Origin: Euprymna scolopes
Lineage: Eukaryota
Direction: 5' to 3' (one strand)
NCBI GenBank assembly: GCA_053919585.1
Contig: CM132806.1
DNA length: 64,000 nucleotides
Each line of letters starts with the position of its first letter. Position 1 is the stretch's first letter. Both the position numbers and the translations under genes were made by a program. Below, piece by piece: positions 53,300 through 64,000 of the stretch. Under the pieces are notes generated by a model. The model had not been told where the DNA came from. It saw nothing but the letters and a program-made list of their open reading frames with translations, and did no database searches.

Positions 53300-53426
53300 C
53301 AGTCCGAACTCTAAGGATGTGTAACATAGTCGTCTATTTCTTTCTAACGGAACCAACATGTTGTATGCAGACTTGGTCGCAAAGGAAAATGATGACAACT
53401 TTTCTTGGTGGAGGAAAAAGGTATTT
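53300..53426 (+). other. Candidate non-coding first exon and splice donor of RBM12
   Basis: Non-repetitive island ending in AAG|GTATTT (GT at 53421-53422), ~3.4 kb upstream of the acceptor. No transcript evidence. Confidence 0.25.
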
Positions 53427-53969
53427 ATTTTGTCATTTCATGTAACCAAAACAGCTACTCACTATCAGTTTTACAAAGTTCAACTTTTTTAAAAATAGGG
53501 AGAGAGAGCAGACTTTTGCAGGCTGTCACTGGCCAACCTGCCAGCGGTGGTTGTTTCCTTTTCTTTCGTCTCTCTTTTTGTCTCCTTATCCTGCTTCCAT
53601 CTTTTCTCCATATTCATCCTTATATATAAATATACATATTTGAGTGCTTAAGCCATACACCCAAAATGCTAATGCGATAATGTTACAAATGGACTTGCTC
53701 CTCAGAGCGTAATGAGACATTCCAACCTTATAAATCAAATCTCTAGTGTTTTTGTTAGTTTGTAACTCACTTAGTCAAAGAGTTAAGCACTGATTACTGA
53801 ATTAAATAATTTGGAGTTTAAAAGTTTTTTAATAGTTTTGATGGGTTTTTTTTTTTTTTTTTTCTTTCTTGCTTCACTTTCATTTCTGGTATTGTTCAGC
53901 CTAGAAACAGTGACAGAATGAATTAGTCTTTTTATGATTTAAAAAAAAAAATTCTGATTTTGTTTTAGC

Positions 53970-54330
53970 AGGGATGCTAGATATTCACCTGTCATCTTAT
54001 ACATTCCAACTGAGAGAGCTTTTTAAGATTCTAACCATCCCAAGTGCAGTTGCTTGTATCTCTTTTGCACGTGGTTCACCGGGTATATTTGCTAGATACT
54101 TTTTGAAATTCTTTTCCATGAGTATGGTTGTTCCTATAATTATTTGAATGATGGAAATCTTCCTAAGGTTCCAATTTCTTTTCATGTCATACATAATATG
54201 TTGGTATCTTTTCCCTCTCAGTTCTGTTTAACATTGGAGACACTAACTTCTACCAGTTTACATTTTTTTTGTGAGTACAGAATATGTTACGTCACTGCTG
54301 ATAATTGTGTCTTATTGCATTACTGTCATA
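53970..54330 (-). mobile_element. R4/Dong-like RLE retrotransposon C-terminal remnant
   Basis: KKCKLVEVSV...EREK...MKRNWNLRKISIIQIIIGTT...YLANIPG...EIQATALGMVRILKSSL fits the R4-clade pattern D...K..KY..W...P.VIG..G...Q..ALLG...ILR. Confidence 0.6.
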
Positions 54331-54559
54331 GCAGCGACTGAGATCTGTGATTGTCATCGATGCATCTTTTTCGGAATCGATAAATATTTGCTTCTCATGT
54401 GCAGCCATGGTAATGTGTCTGGCAAGCTGGGAAAAAAAAAACAACTTTCATCCAAATGAAGGGGCAACAATGCTGTGCTATAAACAACTTTTATTGAGTT
54501 AACATTTCTTAGCAAAATTCATTGCGGTTATATTTTGTAATGTTTCTCCCATGGTACAG

Positions 54560-54975
54560 AAACATATCTGCAATTTAATTGGCCCCACCCTATCTTCTTT
54601 TCTGCAACCTCTCTCTCACAGGCGTGAGTCTCAGTATTTTTTTTATAAATACTATTATGGCATGTACTTTTCAGAATTGTCTGATCTATTCCCTGCTTCT
54701 TTTGTTCCAGCTTGTTTGATTCGTTGATCTAGTGGTCTTCACCAATTTGTTGTTTTGATAACTCATTGTAATACATCTTTCTATTCCAGGAGCTTCTTTC
54801 CAAGAACTGCAGACTTGTGGAACTCTCTTCCTGCTGACTATTTCCTCATACTTTAACCTTGGTCTTTTCAAGACTAATGTCAATAGGCATTTACTGTCTT
54901 TGCGATAATCATCTTCTGCACTTCTTTACATTAAATGGCTTCACGCCTTGTCGGAAACAATTTCTATAAAAATAA
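54560..54975 (+). mobile_element. CR1/L2-type LINE 3' fragment
   Basis: NLIGPTLSSFLQPLSHRR...SFFPRTADLWNSLP remnant. Confidence 0.7.
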
Positions 54976-55176
54976 ACGTTGAAAGATACTAATGCAATAT
55001 GAATCTCTTATTTGATTATCAGTACAAAAAATGTGGAATTTTAATGGTGACCATTACCATTCTGTTCAGCCTGGGTCCCTCTTTTCCCATAGTCAATTAG
55101 AAATATACTCTTTCTCCAACGTCCAGCAACATCATCATCTTCGTTTAATTATCTCACATCAAAATATTTAAAATCT

Positions 55177-55660
55177 ATTCTTGAATTAGGCTTTCATCCA
55201 AATGTAACCTCCGACCTTCTTCAGGTGCATCTTGTCAAGCATGGGCATCTGTACCGAATTTCGAACGGAACCCTTTATTTAATCCATGGTATTTAGCATA
55301 CTTTCATTTTGTCAGCCATGACCGAATAGATGTGCTAAATAATACGCAGTTGTATTCTTATTACCTGCACTGAGGATTGAACCTTCAACCTCCCAAAAGA
55401 GTGCCACTTAAAACTGAATTTTACTAAGTACTTTATCTGTTATGCCATGGGGCATTACGGAGGTTGAAGATTCAATCCTCAGTGTGGGCTATACTCAGAA
55501 TACAACTACAAATTACTGGTTGACAGAATAAGAACATGTTACCCCTGTGGATTAAATGAAGAGTTCCGTAAAAATTCTGTGTACATTCTCAAGTTTAATG
55601 AGATACATTTGAAGAAGGTCAGAGGTTACATCAGCCGAAATGTGAAAATCAAGATTATGG
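55177..55660. mobile_element. Fold-back SINE/hammerhead family copy H
   Basis: Left arm ATGTAACCTCCGACCTTCTTCAGGTG...GAGGATTGAACC...TTATGCCATGGGGC; right arm starts near the B box (GGTTGAAGATTCAATCCTCAG) and runs to TTGAAGAAGGTCAGAGGTTACATCAGCCGAAA. Confidence 0.78.
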
Positions 55661-56412
55661 AGATGAGACTCTTCTCTCACAGTGTCTCAGGAGGGAGAGG
55701 TTCTCCTCTTTTTACTTTATGAAATTATTACATCATCTGTGTGCGTGTATGTGTTTCTCTCTCATTGCTATCTTAGGATTGGGGGAGACTCTCTTCTCTT
55801 ACTGTATAAGAGTATTAAATATTACTTTGAATGGAGGAGGTTCTTACCCCCCTCCCTTCACAGGCCCCATCATCACAAGAACAACGCACTCTTCAAAAAT
55901 AGAATTTATTTCACTCTTCCCAAATTCTGGAATGTGCTCATCATCACTAGTGACCCCAGGTGACACATACTAGATACAAGTCCAGACAACTTGTCAACTC
56001 ATGACTGATACTATCAGAAAAAAATAATTCTTTTCTCTATTTTGCATTTCACCAATTAAGTTGCAAGTATTTTTTCTTCTTTTTTTTTTTTTCAGAAAAC
56101 TAAGGTTTTATATCATCTCTTTTTTGATTTAATAATACTGTCACAAAGCTGATGAAATATCTTTGCATATGATTGTGTAGATAATGTTTAAAATACAATT
56201 ATAATGTGACCCCACCACCCACCCAGTCTGATATTTTTTCCCTTTTTTTTTTTTTTTGTTTTCCTGATCCATGTAAGTATAAAAAGTTCTGTCACACTTC
56301 AATCCAAAATCACGGATTGAATTGACACCTTAAGAATATCCAGTTCTTGTTTTTATGCAAATTGATGATAGAATTATTTAACTAATTTGAACTTTTCAGA
56401 GAAAAATGTTGC

Positions 56413-56630
56413 TTTTTCAGAACCCGTTTCTGCAAATTTTTTAACATTAATAACAGTTCTTTTTCAGAACTTGTTTCTGCAAATTTTTAAACTTTAATAA
56501 CAGTTCTTTTTGTTTTGTTTTGGTTTTTTTTTCAGAATTTGTTTCTGCAAATTTTTAAACTTGAATAACAGTTCTTTTTCAGAACCCATTTCTGCAAATT
56601 TTTCTAACTTTAATAACAGTTCTTAGAACC
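56413..56630 (+). repeat. Minisatellite, ~4 x 47 bp
   Basis: Unit TTTTCAGAAC(C/T)NGTTTCTGCAAATTTTTAAACTTTAATAACAGTTCT. Confidence 0.9.
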
Positions 56631-56770
56631 AGTGTTGGCCACTTTATTAACATATTTGCAATTGTTCTACTTAAACAGTTGATCGAAACTGTGAAGTAAT
56701 AAAATATCTCAAATAAAAAAAGAAAAACTTAAAATTTTTTACTACCTTTTGAAAAATTAATTTATTTTAA

Positions 56771-56795
56771 TTGTTTTTTTTTTTTTTACTTACAG
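56771..56795 (+). promoter_or_regulatory. Polypyrimidine tract and 3' splice acceptor of the RBM12 coding exon
   Basis: T-run followed by ACTTACAG|AAATC-ATG; exon would start at 56796, 5 nt before the ATG, implying an upstream non-coding exon. Confidence 0.8.
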
Positions 56796-56800
56796 AAATC

Positions 56801-59800
56801 ATGTCCGTCATCATTCGCCTGCAAGGCCTGCCATGGTCAGCTAGTGCGGTGGATATCCGGCAGTACTTTCAAGGACTCAGCATTCCAGATGGTGGAGTAC
56901 ACATTGTTGGTGGGGAACGGGGTGATGCGTTTATTGCGTTTGGTTCGGATGAGGATGCCCGACAAGCGATGCTGCGTACGAATGGCCAGATAAATGGGCA
57001 AACTGTGCAACTGTTGTTGAGCAGCAAGACAGAAATGCAGAACGTTATTGCTTTGGCCCGTGAGGCAGTGCCCAGTCAGACATATGCCAAGCAGGCCACA
57101 GTACTACCTCCACTCCCAGCAGTGCCAACTACAAGACCCCCACCTAATGACCACATGCATCCAGTTAGTCTGCCAAACCATAGCAGCTTTGTTCCAGATA
57201 TGAGCGTTCCACCGCAGCAGAGAAACCTTGATTATCCGAATCGAAGGGACCTTCCACCAATTGCTGTTGATAGGCATTCCACTCCTGTCGCTCCTACTAA
57301 TCCCATTGTCCCAGGAATGATTCCTTTCCCTGGGCCTCAACCAACAAACTTCCCCAGTCAACCTAATATGCCGCCACGTGAAAATTACTTTGTCTCAGAG
57401 CAGGATAATGCCAAAAACCGACCAAATATGGAATTCCGGCCCCCAGATGGTGGAACTAACGATTTCCAGAATAGGAGACCTGCTTTTCCTCCTGCTCAAG
57501 ATCCGCACGTGCAGGCAAATGATCCCAGACGCTTTTCTAACACAAATACAGGTGTTGGCTTTGGTACGATGCGGCCAGCATTCCACAATTTCCCACCACC
57601 ACCAGATAATTTAAGGAATCCTCCTATGCCAAACACGGCCATCCAGCCTCCAAATATGACATCTAAGCCTCCTCCAGTAGCCGACATCCGACCTCCATAT
57701 TCTGCTGAACGACGTGAAGAAGATTTTGGTGTAAATCGAGGAAACATGAGACCAGACTCGAGTGCTCATCATATGCTGCCGATGGAAATGAAAAGACCCG
57801 AACCAGGACGTATTGATTATCAGCTGGGATCTGTCCGTACTGACCCTATAAGACACCCTGTTGGTCTTCCAATGGGAAAGGACACTATGAGCCAACCAGA
57901 TGTTCCTCGGCCTAATGAACTCAATCGACCGGATGTTAAACCTGAACAAGGATTACATGTGCAGACTCTTGCTCGAAATGAGTCCAACCGATCTAATATG
58001 GGTCGCCATGAACCCCCAGTTAGATCTGATATGGGTCGACATGAAGTACCGCCTAGACCTGACTTGGGACGAAACGAACCAGTCAAACAAGACTTGAGAC
58101 GACAAGAACCCGGAAGACCTGACATGGGTCGACCAGATGGTGGACGGACCTATCCAAGTAGAACGGACGGTGTGAGACATGAATCAAGATTTGATGCTCC
58201 GCGGCATGAACCACCCCGGGTAGAGGCACCGCGAACTGAACATACTCGGTCGAACTTAGAAAGAACCGAATCTCTCAGGCAAGAAACAGCAAGGATGGGT
58301 ACAAGCAGATCGGATTCAAGTCGCCCCAGTTCTTCAGCAAGACCTGATGCATCAAGAACTGAAACACGATCTGACTCGAGTCGGAATGATTTACCTAAAA
58401 GCGATTCTACAAGACACGATTCTAGTCGTTCTGATTCTGGTCGCCATGATTCCAAGTCCGAATCTAGGCATGAGTCTCGATCCGAATCTTCGAGTAGATA
58501 CGAATCTAGCAGCAGATATGATTCTGGAAGGCATGAACGGCATGAACGAGGTCGAGATGAAGGCAGCAGATATGATCGCCATGAACGGAGTCGTGAGGAT
58601 AGTAGCCGTTATGACCGCCGCGATAACCGCAGAGATAGCAGATACGATGGACACTATGATAGCGGAAGTAGACATGAAGGGAGATATGATGGGGGACGCT
58701 ATGATAGCCGACATGACTCAAGTAGTCGATATGAATCGAGGAATGAAACCCGACATGATAGCAGCCGTGGAAGTGATAAACCAAGAAGTGGGACAAGCTC
58801 AAGAGAATTTGACCGATCTGGAAGAGATGAACTGCAAAAGTCTGACCCCTCTAGCTCAGATCAACACATGGGTGGAACAAGTAGTTCCCAGTCAGATTCA
58901 TTAAAAAATCCTGTCTCTACTAACATGCCACCCAGACAGGGGGACATGAACAATGCCAGAAAAGGCAACATGGATATGGATGGACCTATGAACCGCGGAG
59001 GGCACATGAACCGAGGTGGCAGGTCTAAAAACGATTACGGTGATGAAAGCAGAAGAAATTATGATTATGGCCCACCTCAACATGATCAGGGATATCCTGG
59101 TGATGGGCAACGATTTGGTGACAGACCCCCTGGTCACAATGATGGACCTTCTTACAGTGGCCCTGGCATGAAAGAAGATTGTGGTATGCAAAATCCATAT
59201 AAAGACAATGATCCGATGGGATTATCTAGGGGAATTTTGGGTGATGCTCCCCCAGGATTCCGCGGAACACCAAATGAACCAAACGATGGCAAGTGGGATG
59301 AAAGGTATGGAATGCGGGATGATATGAGACGCGCAAACCAGTCTCGTGACAACTACCCAGGTGACTGGCACAATGATGGCATGAATATGAGGCCGCCGTT
59401 CCCTCGGCCTGGTTCTTGGAATGATATGCCCCCAAACCAGCCTCCTTACCCTAGAAACGATGGTCCCCCACCATTTGGCATGAATGAGCAATATGGAAGA
59501 TATGATGGACCGAACCGTAACGATAGGGTCCCACCTCCTGGATACATGCACATGGATGACAGAAATTGTGGACCACCAAATGAAATGAATTATGGTCCCG
59601 AAGGTGGAATGAGGCCTGATGGTATGAATGATGATCAGATGCGAGGTGTTAAACGCGGTCACAGAGAGTCTGATTTGTATATTGAGGTTGTCGGCTTACC
59701 CTTTACCGTTGGTTATAGGGACGTTCGGCGTTTCTTCTCAGGTTGTGTCATCCCACGAGATGGACTAAAAATCATTAACAATGAGAAAGGGCGGCGTGTA

Positions 59801-61216
59801 GGAAATGCCTTTATCAAATTTGCTACCGAACAGGACGCCGCAGAGGCATTTAAGCGCCATGGTAACTTTATGGGTAGCCGTTATATAGAAATCTACAGCT
59901 GCAGTCAAGAAGTGTTTGAAAATGCCATAGATTCATATGTGCCGAAAAACCAAGTTGGACCCCCTCCCAGCAAGATGATGAAAGTTGAATCTGAAAATAG
60001 TTCCCTTGACAACAATAACACAAGGACACGAGAAACTGAACCCACATCCCCGGTAAAGATGGCTAAGGATACAGCTAAAGATGCGACCAAGGATACTACT
60101 GTGGTTCCTGCATCAAACACTAGTGGTTCAGCTGGGTCGTCATCATCAAGCGTTATTCAAATCAAAGGCATAACCCTTAATGCGACAGGTGAGGATTTGA
60201 TGAAATTCCTTAAGGATGTTCACACTAAAGACTCTAACAATTCGGTTGTGCTTGAACATGACTCCCGCGGCAAGAACACAGGAATAGCTTACATCGAGCT
60301 TGCTTCACAAAAAGACTGTGAAACGGCGCTTACTTTTGATGGGCGGCATATGAGTGGCAGGCAGATTCGTATCAGCACTGCAACAAAGAAAGATTTTGTC
60401 GCACTTCAAGAGAAAGAGAAGAAGAACCACCCTGACAAGAACTCAACTGCTAAAAATCAAAAAGACTCTCCAAAGGGCTCCACGAAAACAGAACCAAAGG
60501 CGAGTCCTACCACTAAAACTGACTCTCAATTAGCTGCTAGTAAAGGTTCCGACCAAAAGAGCCCCGAGAAAAAATCAAGTTTTGCTAACGAATCTAAAAA
60601 AAATGAGACTTCAACAAGTCGCAACATCCCTTACTACTGTGTCCACCTTAAGGGTCTCCCCTTTGCTGTCACCATTAATGAAATTAGTGATTTTTTTCAT
60701 GGATTAAATATTGCACCTCGTGGAATACATATTATCTACGGCAATGATGGCCGTACGACTGGACAGGCGTTTGTGGAGTTTATGACTAGTACTGAGTGCG
60801 AAAAGGCACTCTTACGGGATAAGCAGTACATTGGAAAACGTTATATTAATGTCCAACCGATAATTAAAGCGGACATGTTAGATCATTTAAGGCAATCCCG
60901 ACAGAGTAATATGCCATACAACATGGACGATTCCGGGCCACCTCCATTGCCGCAATTCATGCAGTCCGGGGCTAAACAATACCATTATTTGCGAGGCGAG
61001 AACTTCCCTCAATCGGTATCTATTGGGGAAATTCTTAACTTCTTCCGAGGGTATTATCCGGTGCCCGAGTCTATTCGACTACATTATGCTGAGGATAACC
61101 AACCAACTGGCAATTCTTTGATCGGGTTTGTCAGCCGAGAGGAGGCCCTGAAAGCCATGGAAGATTTAAACAGGAAACCATGCCGGAAAAACTTAGTTAC
61201 ATTACGTATAGCGTAA
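56801..61216 (+). CDS. RBM12: RNA-binding protein 12 (RBM12/RBM12B family), single coding exon, 1471 aa
   Basis: Only long ORF in the window. N-terminus MSVIIRLQGLPWSASAVDIRQYFQGLSIPDGGVHIVGGERGDAFIAFGSDEDARQAM matches the RBM12 RRM1 signature (IRLQGLP..DIR.FF.GL.IPDGGVHIVGGE.G.AFI.F..DEDAR). Four further hnRNP F/H-like RRMs lie at ~59672-59910, 60152-60400, 60635-60870 and 60983-61213. True start is ATG 56801; the ORF-track start at 56771 is a TTG in the polypyrimidine tract. Confidence 0.93.
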   Translation: MSVIIRLQGLPWSASAVDIRQYFQGLSIPDGGVHIVGGERGDAFIAFGSDEDARQAMLRTNGQINGQTVQLLLSSKTEMQNVIALAREAVPSQTYAKQATVLPPLPAVPTTRPPPNDHMHPVSLPNHSSFVPDMSVPPQQRNLDYPNRRDLPPIAVDRHSTPVAPTNPIVPGMIPFPGPQPTNFPSQPNMPPRENYFVSEQDNAKNRPNMEFRPPDGGTNDFQNRRPAFPPAQDPHVQANDPRRFSNTNTGVGFGTMRPAFHNFPPPPDNLRNPPMPNTAIQPPNMTSKPPPVADIRPPYSAERREEDFGVNRGNMRPDSSAHHMLPMEMKRPEPGRIDYQLGSVRTDPIRHPVGLPMGKDTMSQPDVPRPNELNRPDVKPEQGLHVQTLARNESNRSNMGRHEPPVRSDMGRHEVPPRPDLGRNEPVKQDLRRQEPGRPDMGRPDGGRTYPSRTDGVRHESRFDAPRHEPPRVEAPRTEHTRSNLERTESLRQETARMGTSRSDSSRPSSSARPDASRTETRSDSSRNDLPKSDSTRHDSSRSDSGRHDSKSESRHESRSESSSRYESSSRYDSGRHERHERGRDEGSRYDRHERSREDSSRYDRRDNRRDSRYDGHYDSGSRHEGRYDGGRYDSRHDSSSRYESRNETRHDSSRGSDKPRSGTSSREFDRSGRDELQKSDPSSSDQHMGGTSSSQSDSLKNPVSTNMPPRQGDMNNARKGNMDMDGPMNRGGHMNRGGRSKNDYGDESRRNYDYGPPQHDQGYPGDGQRFGDRPPGHNDGPSYSGPGMKEDCGMQNPYKDNDPMGLSRGILGDAPPGFRGTPNEPNDGKWDERYGMRDDMRRANQSRDNYPGDWHNDGMNMRPPFPRPGSWNDMPPNQPPYPRNDGPPPFGMNEQYGRYDGPNRNDRVPPPGYMHMDDRNCGPPNEMNYGPEGGMRPDGMNDDQMRGVKRGHRESDLYIEVVGLPFTVGYRDVRRFFSGCVIPRDGLKIINNEKGRRVGNAFIKFATEQDAAEAFKRHGNFMGSRYIEIYSCSQEVFENAIDSYVPKNQVGPPPSKMMKVESENSSLDNNNTRTRETEPTSPVKMAKDTAKDATKDTTVVPASNTSGSAGSSSSSVIQIKGITLNATGEDLMKFLKDVHTKDSNNSVVLEHDSRGKNTGIAYIELASQKDCETALTFDGRHMSGRQIRISTATKKDFVALQEKEKKNHPDKNSTAKNQKDSPKGSTKTEPKASPTTKTDSQLAASKGSDQKSPEKKSSFANESKKNETSTSRNIPYYCVHLKGLPFAVTINEISDFFHGLNIAPRGIHIIYGNDGRTTGQAFVEFMTSTECEKALLRDKQYIGKRYINVQPIIKADMLDHLRQSRQSNMPYNMDDSGPPPLPQFMQSGAKQYHYLRGENFPQSVSIGEILNFFRGYYPVPESIRLHYAEDNQPTGNSLIGFVSREEALKAMEDLNRKPCRKNLVTLRIA

Positions 61217-61619
61217 TAAAAGACAATTTCAGCATTATAGGAAAAGAAAAAAAAGAACATTCATCATTTCTGTTAAAGAGTAGATGTACTTTTGGTTACC
61301 TGTCCTCATGTTTCATTTTATTTTATTTTACACCATCAACGGGTTTGACCAATATTCCTCTTGGGCATATAGAAAATAAGAAAAGAAGGCTACACAAATG
61401 AGTTTTAATAACGGAAATCAATTTGGATAGGTCTGGATAGTCCATATACTACCTCTGATGTACACGAGTGTAAATATTTCAGATACTAATTGATAGGCAG
61501 CATTTTTTATTTAACTAGGAGACGTACCTATGACCCGTTGTGTCGCAACAATTACCATTATTTATTCTGTTTGGATTTCATTCAAAAATTTATAAACTGT
61601 AACACATACTTATTTTTTC

Positions 61620-62060
61620 CTTTTTTTTTTGGGGGGGGGGTCATCATTTATCAAGGCCGGGAGGTAACTTGAGGATTAAGGGTTAATAAGTGTTAGGTAG
61701 ATGGTGAGAAAATATGATCAGTAATGGTGGAACTTGGGTAGGGCTTGATTATTTAAGAAGACAACTCACCAACAGGATTTTATTCACATGAGATTTGAAT
61801 ATGACCATGTTATAGCTAACCAGGAAGCAGCCACACAGTATGATGTTCCACAGACAGTTTTAAGAAAGAAACTCTGACCATGGAATTTTTGTTTAGTTTT
61901 AGACACAGATAAAGAGTGAGAGAGATTGTTGACAGTTTTTGCAGCTAGACAAGTATTTGTTGCTAATGTTTTACCATAGATTGAAGCTCAGTCGAGTGCT
62001 TATCATAAAAGTAACTTTGGAGCAGTAATAGATTCGCATAATCTTTTCTCTGAGAAAGGG
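61620..62060 (-). mobile_element. CR1/L2-type LINE 3' end, antisense, downstream of RBM12
   Basis: TCATCATTTATCAAGGCCGGGAGGTAACTTGAGGATTAAGGGTTAAT, same terminus family. Confidence 0.65.
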
Positions 62061-62739
62061 GAAGTGTATGTTAAGACATTCCTCTTGCAGAGACAGAAAG
62101 CAGTTATCTCCCTTCTCTTTGGCCTTGTCAATATATCTTTTTTCTAGCTAGCTAAAATATATTAATTTTCACTTCCCTTAAACATTAATGAACATAATAT
62201 TTTAAGAAAGATTTTAGTAATTTTTAAATAATAAAATTACAAAGAAACACCACCAAGCATTAATTTATTATAAACTTTTTAAAAAATACTTATGTAAAGT
62301 AGACATATAAAGAGTTGCGTTTGTATCTTTGTTTCTTAATATTCAAAAGACTATATTGTTTTATTGATATAAATAACAACTGTTTGGATGCTAATTTAGG
62401 TTTGATAAATGAAAAAAGTTTTCCATTTAATTATTTGGATTAGTTGAAATGACTTTACACAGGTACGTTCATAATGTTGGTCTACCCCTGGCCATTTTAA
62501 TAAGCATAAAAATTCAAGGCCACTGAATACTTCAATGCAGTTTCATTATTTTAATACTACTCAGAGTTTTAAAGGTATTGAAAATTTTTTTTTGCTTTGT
62601 TTCAATCTTAAAATTAGCAGTAGAAAATGGTGGCAATGAAATTTCACACTTCCTGCTGAGTTCACTCCCCCTTAATTTCTAAATTTTTATGCATATTGGT
62701 CATCTCTGAAAAGTTATGTCTGATTCAATAATATTTGGT

Positions 62740-63330
62740 TCAATTTGTACAATTCTTAATTTATTTATACAATTTTTTTTATTAATTTGTACATTTGTTA
62801 ATTAATTTGTATTTAGTGTAATTATTTTGTACTCTTTTAATTAAGTTGTAATTATTTTGTACATTTTTAATTAATTTGTACATTTTAGAATTATTTTGTA
62901 CAATTTATAATTTATTTGTACAATATATTGTACAATTTTAATTAATTTGTACAATTTTTATTTTGCGCATTTTTTAATTAATTTGTACAATTTGTAGTTA
63001 TTTTGTACAATGTAATTATTTTGTACAATTTTAATTTTTACAATTTGTAATTATTTTGTACAATTTTTAATTAATTTGTACACTATTTTGTACAATTTTA
63101 ATTGTGTGCAAATTGTAATTAATTTATAATTATTTTGTACAATGTGTAATTATTTTGTACATTTAATTTGTACATTTTAAAATTATTTTGTACAATTTAT
63201 GATTAATTTGTACAATTATTTGTACACTTTATAATTAATTTGTACCATTTGTAATTATTTTGTACAATTTTTAATTCATTTGTACAGTTTTTAATTAATT
63301 TGTATAATTTTAAATTATTTTGTACAAATT
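62740..63330. repeat. AT-rich minisatellite, ~19-20 bp unit built on TTTGTACAATTT
   Basis: Recurrent AATTA(T/A)TTTGTACAATTT(T/G)T, roughly 30 units. Confidence 0.9.
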
Positions 63331-64000
63331 GATCAGTTATTTACTTATTACAAGTCTTCTCTCAATGAAACATAAACTTTTAGAACAATTGTAAGCAAAA
63401 AATGCCAAAACTAAAACAACTACATCAAAAATATGTATATTAAAATGTAAATGGGACCCCCTTCACGTGTAGGAGGCATCTGAATTTAAAACTGCCACTA
63501 TAACTTCTTAATGCAAAAGAAACAAATCTCTATTATTCTTATGTCTTCAATTTTGTTTAGTTTTATCAGAAGCTCTTAATGATCTGCTCTGGTCTTGAGA
63601 CTCTTAGTCTTCAGCCTATATATAAATCCAGTGCTACTGCTGTTAATAAGATCTTATACTCATTATATTAGGAGCAAATAATTGAAATAGATCTTCTTCA
63701 CTTTTCAGTTGTTTTTCTTTTTTAAGATTCATTTGTGCCATCTTTCCTTTCTTATCTATGTGCTTGATAAATGATTCATGTTTTGTGCGTGAAATATGAG
63801 CGAGGTCAGAAAAAGAACTTTTAAGTAATGTTTAAGAATATGTCATTAATCGCTGATTCGTCAATAAATGACTTTGTTGATTGGAGACTGTGTTAGCAAG
63901 GTGATGCAATTGATGGAGATTACATTTCTGAACTTTTTAGATGAGCATGCATTATTTGTATTTCAATTCTTCGAATTACTTCCTCTTGAGTGTTTTCTTT

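Noticed and set aside
56413-56630. CRISPR-like repeat array
   Set aside because: Eukaryotic context; contiguous tandem units with no unique spacers.
56771-56800. N-terminal extension MFFFFLLTEI in the ORF track
   Set aside because: It is the translated polypyrimidine tract and acceptor; homology starts at ATG 56801.
58347-58904. 185 aa Met/Asp/Ile-rich alternative-frame ORF, plus antisense ORFs within RBM12
   Set aside because: Shadow of the RYD/RHD codon repeats (TATGAT/CATGAT read as ATG-AT); no independent support.
58920-59650. Met/Asp/Gly/Arg/Tyr-rich RBM12 segment resembling reflectin composition
   Set aside because: Compositional similarity only; no repeated MD(X)5MD reflectin motif.

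Overview
AT-rich, repeat-dense animal genomic DNA. The repeat landscape suggests an invertebrate, possibly a mollusc or cephalopod, but that is not provable from the window. Only one protein-coding gene is confidently identified: an RBM12-family RNA-binding protein encoded by a single coding exon (56801-61216, +, 1471 aa, five RRM-like domains) preceded by a strong splice acceptor. The rest is mostly decayed transposons: Tc1/mariner elements and MITEs, CR1/L2-type and RTE LINE fragments, two RLE-type (CRE-like and R4-like) retrotransposon remnants, and non-autonomous Helitrons including a six-unit head-to-tail array. The most interesting signal is a family present 8 times, always as an inverted (fold-back) pair. 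In the main family each arm is a tRNA-derived Pol III head (A/B boxes) followed by a 3' end carrying a minimal type I hammerhead-ribozyme motif of the kind known from Penelope-like elements. Copies show variable head-to-head junctions, a one-sided ~30-45 bp tail and 10-15 bp target-site duplications. This suggests a ribozyme-bearing SINE mobilised by Penelope machinery that inserts as a palindrome. All assignments were made by eye; TE boundaries are approximate and no searches or folding programs were run.
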